Shown here in pieces: positions 51,181-57,749 of a stretch of 64,000 nucleotides of DNA (the stretch's first letter is position 1; each line of letters opens with the position of its first letter). The notes beneath the pieces were generated by a model. That model saw only the letters and a program-made list of their open reading frames with translations, did no database searches and was not told where the DNA came from. A program made the position numbers and the translations under genes. The stretch comes from Alphaproteobacteria bacterium. Lineage in GTDB: Bacteria; Pseudomonadota; Alphaproteobacteria; RF32; CAG-239. Where the stretch lies: positions 1,672-65,671 of the forward strand of contig JAZLEQ010000010.1 in the NCBI GenBank assembly GCA_045615365.1, written 5' to 3'.

Positions 51181-53727
51181 TTAAACAATAAATTCTAATT
51201 GAATTTTTATCCAATACGGAAGTGTATCAAATTTACTCTTTAAAATATTTCTTATATTTTCTTTTAAATTATTCCTTTCCATATCCATTTGATAAAAAAT
51301 ACTTTTATTTAAATATAGAGCACATTCTCTTGGCACACCAATTTCTATAAGAGTTCTTGAAATATCGTTATAAGCACCAGATTGCATACACTCTAAAAAA
51401 ATACTTTCAGGATTTTTAATATCAAAAATTGGTTTAAGTAGTAAAGGTACATTATAGGAAGCTAAATTTTGTAAAATATCTATAATCTCTTCTATTTTAT
51501 CTTCAGAATTTTCTGAATTTTTTAATTTCGTTTTTAATATATCAAATAAAGGTATTTCTTGCGCCCATTTATAACACAAATCACATAAAATGCTTCTAAG
51601 AACTCCTGCTCTATACTTTTCTGGAATATAACGATTATACATAGACTTGGTTCTTTTATTATCTCTTAAGAATTTTAGCATACTTTCAAATTTTGTTTTA
51701 CAACCTTTTTCTAAAGGAAATGATGGCACTTCACCTTTATAATTTTGATAAATATATTCAAGCGTAAATGGGTCCCAGTACCTATTCTTGTAACAAATTT
51801 CTTTAGGAATTTCTAACTTGTCTAATTTTAATTTTATTGCAGCTATTTGTTCTTGAGATAAAGTAATTCCGACATTTTCCATTTTATACTTTGCTTTGTC
51901 TCCATTGTGTAATATACTTTGACGAATGTACGTTTTTAAATCTCTATAATGAATTTCATTTTTTTGTTCTTCTGCTTCTGTGTGTATATCCTCACTTAAC
52001 AATACATCCATTATTTCATTTTGATATTTTTTATATCGTTCCCCATAATCTTTCGGTAATTCTTTAATTGTATTATCAAATAAGTTATTTTCTTTATATC
52101 CATCTGTAATAATAAAAGATGTTTCATCTAATACAAAAGTCCTTCCAATAAAATCTTTTAATAACCTTCCTGCTCTTCCTCTAAGATTGGCCATTTCATA
52201 ATTTGTTAATTCGACAGTTTTTTCTTTTTCTTTTTTTATATACAAATTTGGGTTTCTAATTACTATATTTTGTGCTGGTAAATTAATGCCTTGTAACAAA
52301 GTTGTTGTACAAACGATATCTGTTATCCAGTTTTCTTGCATAGCTTTTTCTAGTGTCCTCCTAACATGGTGTGGTAGACGACCATGATGATATGCTACAC
52401 CTTTTTTTAATGCATTACATAACGAATAATTATCATTTACTGTTTCTTTGTAATATGCAATTAAGGTTTTTACATTTTCATTTATTTTGTTTCTAGTTGT
52501 TAAAGAACATGCAATATTTCTTGCTGTTGATGCGGTGGGTGAAAAAAATATATTTTGATTATTTGATAATTTATTTAGTATAGTGTTTAAATACTCCAAA
52601 AATTTATTATTATATTGTTTTTTTCCGTATCCAGAAATAAAACTATCATTTGTTATTTCTATTGTAAAAGGGTGGTTGTTTAGGCTACAATATTGCTTGA
52701 ATAGATATTTTTTATTATTCTCTTTAGAAATACTATATGTTAAATTTAATACAGGGCAATCTACAGAGTATATTTTTGTAGCTTTTTGATTAAATAATGC
52801 CATTGCAGTTGTATCTATTTTATCAATTCTAGGCCCTGATAAAATAATTTGAATAATGTTTTTTTTGTATCTTAGTTCATTTAAAACATCATATAAAACT
52901 TTAGCTCTCTCATCATTATCTTCTTTAATTCTTTCTATATTTTGAATTTCGTCAACTACCAATACGGTATCTTTTTCAAACTTGTTCTTTTTATCTGAAA
53001 ATATACCTATAGTTTTTTCCTGCGTTAGTACAAATATATTATTTTCATCTTTACCGCTTTCTTCGTATGTACTACTAATTCTACAATTATTAACTTCTAA
53101 CTCTTTAATGTATTTATTAAAATCTCCAATTACTTGATTTAACAAACTTAAGGTAGGTACAATATAAATAATATCAAAATCTTTTTTCTTTAATTTTTCT
53201 AAAAGCTTCAATAAAATAACAAAGGATTTTCCAGCGGATGTAGGTGCTGATATTCCAATTAATTTATCATTATCCATACTATTCCAAATATCCATTTGAA
53301 ATTTTGTTAAAATAAATTTCTTTTTACCTATAAAAACATTATATTTTGTTTGATTTAATGATGCGATAAGTTCTTCTATAGGACTTTCTATAGACGAAAA
53401 GATACAATTGTTTTTATCAAATTCTTTATCTGTTATGATAGCTGATGTAGAATATCCTATTCTAGATAAAAATTTAATCGCAACTTTTTGTAAATTATAT
53501 TTATTATGATCAGCATACTCCCATATTAATGCAAAAACAGTAATAATATAATTTATATTAGGATTTTTTGTTATTGTTGTTTCGTAATCTAAGCATCTAA
53601 TAGCTTTCATCACTAAATCTTCTGTAAGATTTTTTTTGTTTTCAGATATAAATCCTATTTTATTAGCCATAGAGTAACAGTCTATTTCTAATAATTTATT
53701 CAAAACATCTCTCTTAAGTACTTCCAT
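51181..53727 (-). CDS. hamB: Hachiman HamB, SF2 (Ski2-like DExH/D) helicase
   Basis: Start moved to ATG 53727 (MEVLKRD), because AAGGAG sits 6 nt upstream and overlaps the hamA stop. Motif I SAPTSAGKSF, motif II LVVDEIQNIE, TTTLLQGINLPA, motif VI NLRGRAGRL. Confidence 0.8.
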   Translation of the reverse strand: MEVLKRDVLNKLLEIDCYSMANKIGFISENKKNLTEDLVMKAIRCLDYETTITKNPNINYIITVFALIWEYADHNKYNLQKVAIKFLSRIGYSTSAIITDKEFDKNNCIFSSIESPIEELIASLNQTKYNVFIGKKKFILTKFQMDIWNSMDNDKLIGISAPTSAGKSFVILLKLLEKLKKKDFDIIYIVPTLSLLNQVIGDFNKYIKELEVNNCRISSTYEESGKDENNIFVLTQEKTIGIFSDKKNKFEKDTVLVVDEIQNIERIKEDNDERAKVLYDVLNELRYKKNIIQIILSGPRIDKIDTTAMALFNQKATKIYSVDCPVLNLTYSISKENNKKYLFKQYCSLNNHPFTIEITNDSFISGYGKKQYNNKFLEYLNTILNKLSNNQNIFFSPTASTARNIACSLTTRNKINENVKTLIAYYKETVNDNYSLCNALKKGVAYHHGRLPHHVRRTLEKAMQENWITDIVCTTTLLQGINLPAQNIVIRNPNLYIKKEKEKTVELTNYEMANLRGRAGRLLKDFIGRTFVLDETSFIITDGYKENNLFDNTIKELPKDYGERYKKYQNEIMDVLLSEDIHTEAEEQKNEIHYRDLKTYIRQSILHNGDKAKYKMENVGITLSQEQIAAIKLKLDKLEIPKEICYKNRYWDPFTLEYIYQNYKGEVPSFPLEKGCKTKFESMLKFLRDNKRTKSMYNRYIPEKYRAGVLRSILCDLCYKWAQEIPLFDILKTKLKNSENSEDKIEEIIDILQNLASYNVPLLLKPIFDIKNPESIFLECMQSGAYNDISRTLIEIGVPRECALYLNKSIFYQMDMERNNLKENIRNILKSKFDTLPYWIKIQLEFIV

Positions 53728-53737
53728 TTTTTGCTCC

Positions 53738-54664
53738 TTATAGCATTTTTTGAAAAGCACTAGCTAACTCATCAAGTTTCCATATTGGAAAAACAATGTA
53801 TGTAATACGTTTTAATATTGTATGATTTTTTATATCGATTTTATTTTTATCAAAATTAGAATATTTTCTTTTAATTACATCAGTAATTTTTTGTAATATT
53901 TTATCTCGTTGATCGCCTTTTATATCAGATGTTTCGTTATATACAATTATTGACAGTAAATGAACCTCTACATCTTTCAGTTGATTATTAATATATAATT
54001 CTGCAATTTCATTCATTTTTGGATCTAAAAAATCTTCATGAGTATAAAAATATATCTCATCTCTATGATCTTTATATGTCTTTAAAATACTTTCTATTGC
54101 TTTTTCAAAAGCCTCATTAAATTTATATTTACTTGTATATGTCTTAGCTTCACCTAGTATGATGATTGGTTTCTCATTTTCATATTTAAAATGGATTGCA
54201 TCAGCACCAAAACGTTCATGCTCAGTTGATGTGGTTATTTTCATTTTCCTTAATAATGGTATTGCTTTTTGTAATCTTTGTATGAAATGAAATAATAATA
54301 ACTCACCAAGTTGACCTTGAATTAGAATATTTTCAGAATTTTTATTTCCTCTAAATGTGCTTCTAGCCATTCTAGAAACTTCGTTTGCTGCGGCAGAATC
54401 GTCTTTACCCTTATTTATTGCAATAGCTTTTAATTTATTATATTTTTCTGTACTATATACCCAATTCACTATTGAATCATACAATTCTTCTAAAAATTCT
54501 TTTCTAAGTTCTGTGATGTCTTGATAATTAATACTTGCACCATAATGACTGTGTGAATTTGGAATAATGTCAAAATTTTGTTCAATAACGTAAATATAAT
54601 TGAACAATGCCTTATTGTTGATTAAAAGATTATTAATGTATGTTTCATCAATTGCATTGCTCAT
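53738..54664 (-). CDS. hamA: Hachiman HamA (DUF1837, PD-(D/E)xK-like effector)
   Basis: 308 aa. QGQLGELLLFHF...ERFGADAIHF...IILGEAKTY (D...ExK) matches my recollection of DUF1837. Lies immediately upstream of, and translationally coupled to, the helicase. Confidence 0.75.
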   Translation of the reverse strand: MSNAIDETYINNLLINNKALFNYIYVIEQNFDIIPNSHSHYGASINYQDITELRKEFLEELYDSIVNWVYSTEKYNKLKAIAINKGKDDSAAANEVSRMARSTFRGNKNSENILIQGQLGELLLFHFIQRLQKAIPLLRKMKITTSTEHERFGADAIHFKYENEKPIIILGEAKTYTSKYKFNEAFEKAIESILKTYKDHRDEIYFYTHEDFLDPKMNEIAELYINNQLKDVEVHLLSIIVYNETSDIKGDQRDKILQKITDVIKRKYSNFDKNKIDIKNHTILKRITYIVFPIWKLDELASAFQKML

Positions 54665-54774
54665 GTTAAACTCTATTTCAATTTATTAAATAAAATTTTC
54701 TTCAGTATAATGCGATAGCTATATCAAAATCAAGAGATTATTTATACAGAGATATTCCAAGTTGTTTAAAACAA

Positions 54775-54879
54775 ATTCCCTGATAAATTTTAGAAAAATT
54801 GGATATTTATTGTGGAATTATTTGAGGTTTAGAAAGTTTTGGATATAAAATAATAACAAATTTCCCTGTAGATTCCCTG
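54775..54879 (-). promoter_or_regulatory. three copies of CAGGGAA(A)T upstream of the putative hamA promoter
   Basis: Plus-strand ATTCCCTG at 54775-54782 and 54872-54879, and TTTCCCTG at 54861-54868. A putative hamA promoter (TTGATT-N18-TATACT, minus strand) lies around 54690-54735. Confidence 0.35.
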
Positions 54880-54923
54880 TTTTATAGTTGCAATAGTATT
54901 ACATCTTTAGTATGCTAGATACC

Positions 54924-54978
54924 GTAAGGTTGTAATACACCGCCATTTACAACGAAACCCCACCTTGTGTGGGGTTTT
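54924..54978 (+). ncRNA. candidate ~55-nt small RNA (promoter + two hairpins + terminator)
   Basis: TTGCAA (54888-54893), 17-nt spacer, TATGCT (54911-54916). Then hairpin GTTGTAA-N11-TTACAAC (54929-54953), then CCCCAC-CTTGT-GTGGGG + TTTT (54958-54978). Confidence 0.35.
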
Positions 54979-54997
54979 GGTGTAAATACGCGAGAAA

Positions 54998-55107
54998 GCT
55001 GGGATTGACTTTGTCGCCTCTTCGCTCGTTCGCTATCGCTCACCGGCATACTTTCGTCTGCCTCTCGCTTGTGGTCGGACCACTTCTTCGTGGGTCCAAA
55101 TCCCAGC
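54998..55107. ncRNA. GC-rich 110-nt stem-closed structured element of unknown class (strand unresolved)
   Basis: GCTGGGATT (54998-55006) pairs perfectly with AATCCCAGC (55099-55107). Internal hairpins include GGACCAC-TTCTTC-GTGGGTCC and, on the minus strand, GGCAGAC-GAAA-GTATGCC (GNRA loop). It is markedly GC-richer than everything around it and lies between two terminator hairpins. Confidence 0.4.
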
Positions 55108-55120
55108 CGTTCCTAACAAC

Positions 55121-55148
55121 AAAAAAGCCACCATAAAGGTGGCTTTTT
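55121..55148. terminator. bidirectional rho-independent terminator
   Basis: A6-GCCACC-AUAAA-GGUGGC-U5. Confidence 0.75.
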
Positions 55149-55153
55149 GTTAT

Positions 55154-55198
55154 TGGAGCGGGCAATGGGATTTGTACCCACGACATCAACCTTGGCAA
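55154..55198 (-). pseudogene. 3' half of a tRNA-Gly(GCC) (anticodon loop to CCA), no 5' half
   Basis: Minus strand TTGCCAAGGTTGATGTCGTGGGTACAAATCCCATTGCCCGCTCCA aligns position-for-position with the last 45 nt of tRNA-Gly(GCC) as I recall it from E. coli. The T-loop is TACAAAT (non-canonical). The upstream sequence cannot form the D-arm or the acceptor 5' strand. Confidence 0.7.
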
Positions 55199-55379
55199 AA
55201 TTTTTGAAATCCCCCAAACCCCTTATTCTATAAGGGATACAGAAAATCCACTGGATGATAAATTACCATTTTTTACACACCAACAACACCATCTTATTAC
55301 AACATCAATCTTCCAAACACTATGGATTTACCCTCTCATAGATACATTTTTAGGATGATAATATTTAAAAATAACAATA

Positions 55380-55499
55380 TGTAAAATCTAACATTTGTCT
55401 GCTTTTATATATACAAAACTGTAAAATCAACATTAAAACACTTGACAATTTTACACTTTTAGCATACTGTAAAGCAACATCTTAATTATACATTTTACA
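55380..55499 (+). promoter_or_regulatory. res-like site: three TGT...ACA dyads (36, 36, 32 bp) overlapping the recombinase promoter
   Basis: Half-sites TGTAAAAT(C/T/G) lie at 55380, 55420 and 55468 (direct) and at 55415, 55455 and 55499 (inverted). TTGACA (55442-55447) sits inside dyad II. Confidence 0.5.
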
Positions 55500-55517
55500 T
55501 ATAGAGGATTTTTAGCA

Positions 55518-56066
55518 ATGATTTTTAATTATAAAAGAGTTAGCACAATAGTCCAATCAACAGAGAGACAATTACTTGGTATTCCTTGTGATAGAGAATA
55601 TGAAGATAAATTAAGTGGAAAAAATAGAGAAAGACCACAATTAGAAGCAATGTTATCTAATTTAAGAAGTGGTGATATTGTGAATGTTCATTCAATGGAT
55701 AGGTTAGCAAGAAACACAAGAGATTTATTGAATATAGTAGATGAAATCAATAAAATTGGGGCAACAATTAAGTTCCATAAAGAAAACCTGTCATTTGAAC
55801 CCAATAAACAAGACCCATATCAACAACTGATGATGACAATGTTAGCAGCAGTGAGTTCATTAGAAAGAGAATTGATAAACCAAAGGGTAAGAGAAGGAGT
55901 AGCATTAGCAAAGGCAAAAGGAAAATATAAAGGTGGCAAAAATAAATTATCTGATGAGCAAGTAAGTGAATTAAACAATTTATATAAACAAGGAATTCCA
56001 ATTGCTAAAATAGCAAGACATTTTAATATCACAAGACCAACTGTATATGGTTATATAGCAAAATGA
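55518..56066 (+). CDS. small serine recombinase (resolvase/invertase family)
   Basis: 182 aa, with YKRVSTIVQS (catalytic Ser), SMDRLARNTRD, AAVSSLERELINQRVREG and a C-terminal HTH (IAKIARHFNITRPTVYGYI). Confidence 0.9.
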   Translation: MIFNYKRVSTIVQSTERQLLGIPCDREYEDKLSGKNRERPQLEAMLSNLRSGDIVNVHSMDRLARNTRDLLNIVDEINKIGATIKFHKENLSFEPNKQDPYQQLMMTMLAAVSSLERELINQRVREGVALAKAKGKYKGGKNKLSDEQVSELNNLYKQGIPIAKIARHFNITRPTVYGYIAK

Positions 56067-56084
56067 AGCAATTAAGAGCATTTT

Positions 56085-56125
56085 TTAGCATTTAAACTGG
56101 ATTATTTAGCATTTTATCTGGATTT
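56085..56125 (+). repeat. two adjacent ~20-bp direct repeats (TTAGCATTTnAnCTGGATT) with 21-bp phasing
   Basis: 56085-56104 and 56106-56125 match at 17 of 20 positions. Located upstream of the pentapeptide-repeat gene. Confidence 0.6.
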
Positions 56126-56145
56126 TTAATGTAATACCTTCTACC

Positions 56146-56170
56146 CTCCTAAATATATACTATTTAGGAG
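56146..56170 (+). promoter_or_regulatory. perfect 10-bp-stem hairpin sequestering the Shine-Dalgarno of the 56179 gene
   Basis: CTCCTAAATA-TATAC-TATTTAGGAG. The AGGAG at 56166-56170 is the only Shine-Dalgarno for the ATG at 56179. Confidence 0.55.
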
Positions 56171-56178
56171 ATGGAATT

Positions 56179-57696
56179 ATGCCTAATGATTATAATGATG
56201 ATATCAATATACAAGATGAATATGAGTATTATGCAAAATTTGGTGATGATTTTAGATATAGAGAAGAAGGAGAATCCAGCATTGTTGAGAAATCAGAGGT
56301 AAAAAGCATATATTTAAGAGAGCATTTCCAAACATCATATGATAATTTTATTTTCACTAACTGCACATTTACAGACCAACTACACCTACCATCAGCTTTT
56401 CATCATCAATTAACATTCAAAAATTGTATTTTTGAGGATAGTGTATATTCATTGAATGCAAGTTTTAGCAAACAAATTATTTTTGAAAATTGTGAATTTA
56501 AAAGTAGTGTTAATTTTTATAGAACTCAATTTTGCAATCAAGTCATTTTCCATAAAGTAAAGTTTCATAATATAGCAGACTTTAATAATGTTACATTCTA
56601 TAATGAAGTTTCTTTCAATGGTTCTATATTTAGTAAAAAAGCAGTATTTACAAATACTATTTTCAATAAAAAAGCAGATTTTAGTAAAATAAGAGTATCT
56701 GATAATACAAATGGTGGATTTTACTTTGAAAATAATAATAATAAAACATCAGATACAGCAGATATTATTTTTGATGATGCAGAATTTAAAGCACCAATAT
56801 TTTTTAATGGAAGATGTTTTAAAGGAATAATATCATTTAACAATACATCTATTACTAATGTATTTAATTTTACTGATGTTGATTTTGGTTCCAAAGCAAT
56901 ATTTAGCCTTATCAGAATAGCACACAGACAAATACCTAATGCTGAATTATGGATAAATATTTTTAGAGATAAAATAAAAGATAGATATTTATTGTTAGCA
57001 CAAGCATTGAATGATAAAAGCAAAGATATAATTAAAAACAATTCAAGCATTACAAATAATAAAATAACAAAAGATGATGAAAATATACTTATTTCAAGGA
57101 AAGATACATCAACAATATTGGGAATAAAACCAAATACCTTAAAAACTTGGACTGCAAGAGGCAAATCAGAATTGGTATTTAAGAATGAAGGTGACCAATG
57201 TGGTTATACATTAGCAAGTATAAAAGAATACCAAAAAGCAAATCCCAATATAGATAAAATAAAAAATAAAGAAGAAGAACCTGTCTGTGATTATGCATCT
57301 GCTGTAAAAAGGGTTATTACATATAGTGACTCATATATTACAACCACAAGAAAGATGCATGGTGAACATTGTTATTACCTTCCTATAATTGAAAATAAAA
57401 CAATTGTTGGTATTTTTAGCAATAGGATTGAAAGTGAGTTCACATATAGAAAAAAAATGCATTCAAATCTCAATTTACAAGAAATAACTATTAAAGATAT
57501 GCTAGATGTTGTTGGAGACAGCATAGAAGGATTCTTATGCACTAAACCCAAAACAAAAGTAAAAGAAGTAAAACAGATGTTTATTCAAGATTCTCAATAT
57601 GAAGAAGGTATTGGTGTTGTATTTTTAACATCTAATGGCAAAGCAGATGGAGAATTGATTGGTATGGTTAGATTGAGAGACCTTATTAAAATATAA
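56179..57696 (+). CDS. pentapeptide-repeat beta-helix / HTH / CBS-pair fusion protein
   Basis: 505 aa. Residues ~60-260 are phenylalanine-ladder pentapeptide repeats (NCTFTDQLHL...CIFEDSVYSLNASFSKQIIFENCEFKSSVNFYRTQF...). Residues ~305-350 are an excisionase/MerR-like HTH (ISRKDTSTILGIKPNTLKTWTARGK). The C-terminal ~130 aa look like two CBS motifs (YYLPIIENKTIVGIFSNRIE; GVVFLTSNGKADGELIGMVRLRDLIK). Confidence 0.6.
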   Translation: MPNDYNDDINIQDEYEYYAKFGDDFRYREEGESSIVEKSEVKSIYLREHFQTSYDNFIFTNCTFTDQLHLPSAFHHQLTFKNCIFEDSVYSLNASFSKQIIFENCEFKSSVNFYRTQFCNQVIFHKVKFHNIADFNNVTFYNEVSFNGSIFSKKAVFTNTIFNKKADFSKIRVSDNTNGGFYFENNNNKTSDTADIIFDDAEFKAPIFFNGRCFKGIISFNNTSITNVFNFTDVDFGSKAIFSLIRIAHRQIPNAELWINIFRDKIKDRYLLLAQALNDKSKDIIKNNSSITNNKITKDDENILISRKDTSTILGIKPNTLKTWTARGKSELVFKNEGDQCGYTLASIKEYQKANPNIDKIKNKEEEPVCDYASAVKRVITYSDSYITTTRKMHGEHCYYLPIIENKTIVGIFSNRIESEFTYRKKMHSNLNLQEITIKDMLDVVGDSIEGFLCTKPKTKVKEVKQMFIQDSQYEEGIGVVFLTSNGKADGELIGMVRLRDLIKI

Positions 57697-57701
57697 TATA
57701 A

Positions 57702-57728
57702 ACCCCCATCAAATATGATGAGGGTTTT
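57702..57728. terminator. bidirectional terminator between convergent genes
   Basis: ACCCCCAUCA-AAUA-UGAUGAGGGU (one mismatch) followed by UUUU. Confidence 0.6.
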
Positions 57729-57749
57729 GTGGTGTTTTCTATATGGGAT

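Larger units (their letters stand above)
41271..54700. mobile_element. integrative genomic island next to tRNA-Ser (serine-integrase element with phage-derived and defence cargo); boundaries approximate
   Basis: Composition switches abruptly to visibly AT-richer DNA right after the tRNA terminator. Contents: large serine recombinase + DUF2924, XRE switch region, terminase genes, Fic, Hachiman. The right end is not defined by any repeat I could see. Confidence 0.6.

Noticed and set aside
55176-55186. 9-mer GTTGATGTC shared between the tRNA-Gly fragment and the cassette palindrome (59083, 59585)
   Set aside because: A single 9-mer match in 64 kb searched on both strands is about what chance predicts. 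There is no extended similarity.
54998-55198. Two-piece (permuted) tmRNA, SRP/4.5S RNA or retron msr-msd as identity of the GC-rich element plus tRNA-like end
   Set aside because: The acceptor end is Gly-type (GCGGGCA.../...TGCCCGC-T-CCA), not the Ala-type G3:U70 stem of tmRNA. No tag reading frame ending in an (L/V)AA-type tail followed by a stop was found. The SRP domain IV GGAA tetraloop/AGCA motif is absent. There is no reverse transcriptase gene nearby. It is left as an unknown structured element.
54905-55474. Possible invertible segment bounded by CTTTAGTATGCTA (54905-54917) and its imperfect inverse TAGCATACTGTAAAG (55460-55474). Flipping could redirect the TTGACA promoter toward hamA.
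   Set aside because: The match is only 13 of 15 with a 2-nt indel, in AT-rich DNA. The TGTAAAAT half-site pattern explains the right-hand copy better as part of a res-like site. It is worth a quick check for inverted reads but is not supported as a feature.
55377-55502. 11-bp perfect inverted repeat ATATGTAAAAT / ATTTTACATAT flanking a 104-bp promoter-containing segment, as a fimS-like invertible promoter
   Set aside because: The repeat arms are simply the outermost of six TGTAAAAT half-sites arranged as three dyads, which a resolvase res site explains more economically. Inversion cannot be excluded without read evidence.
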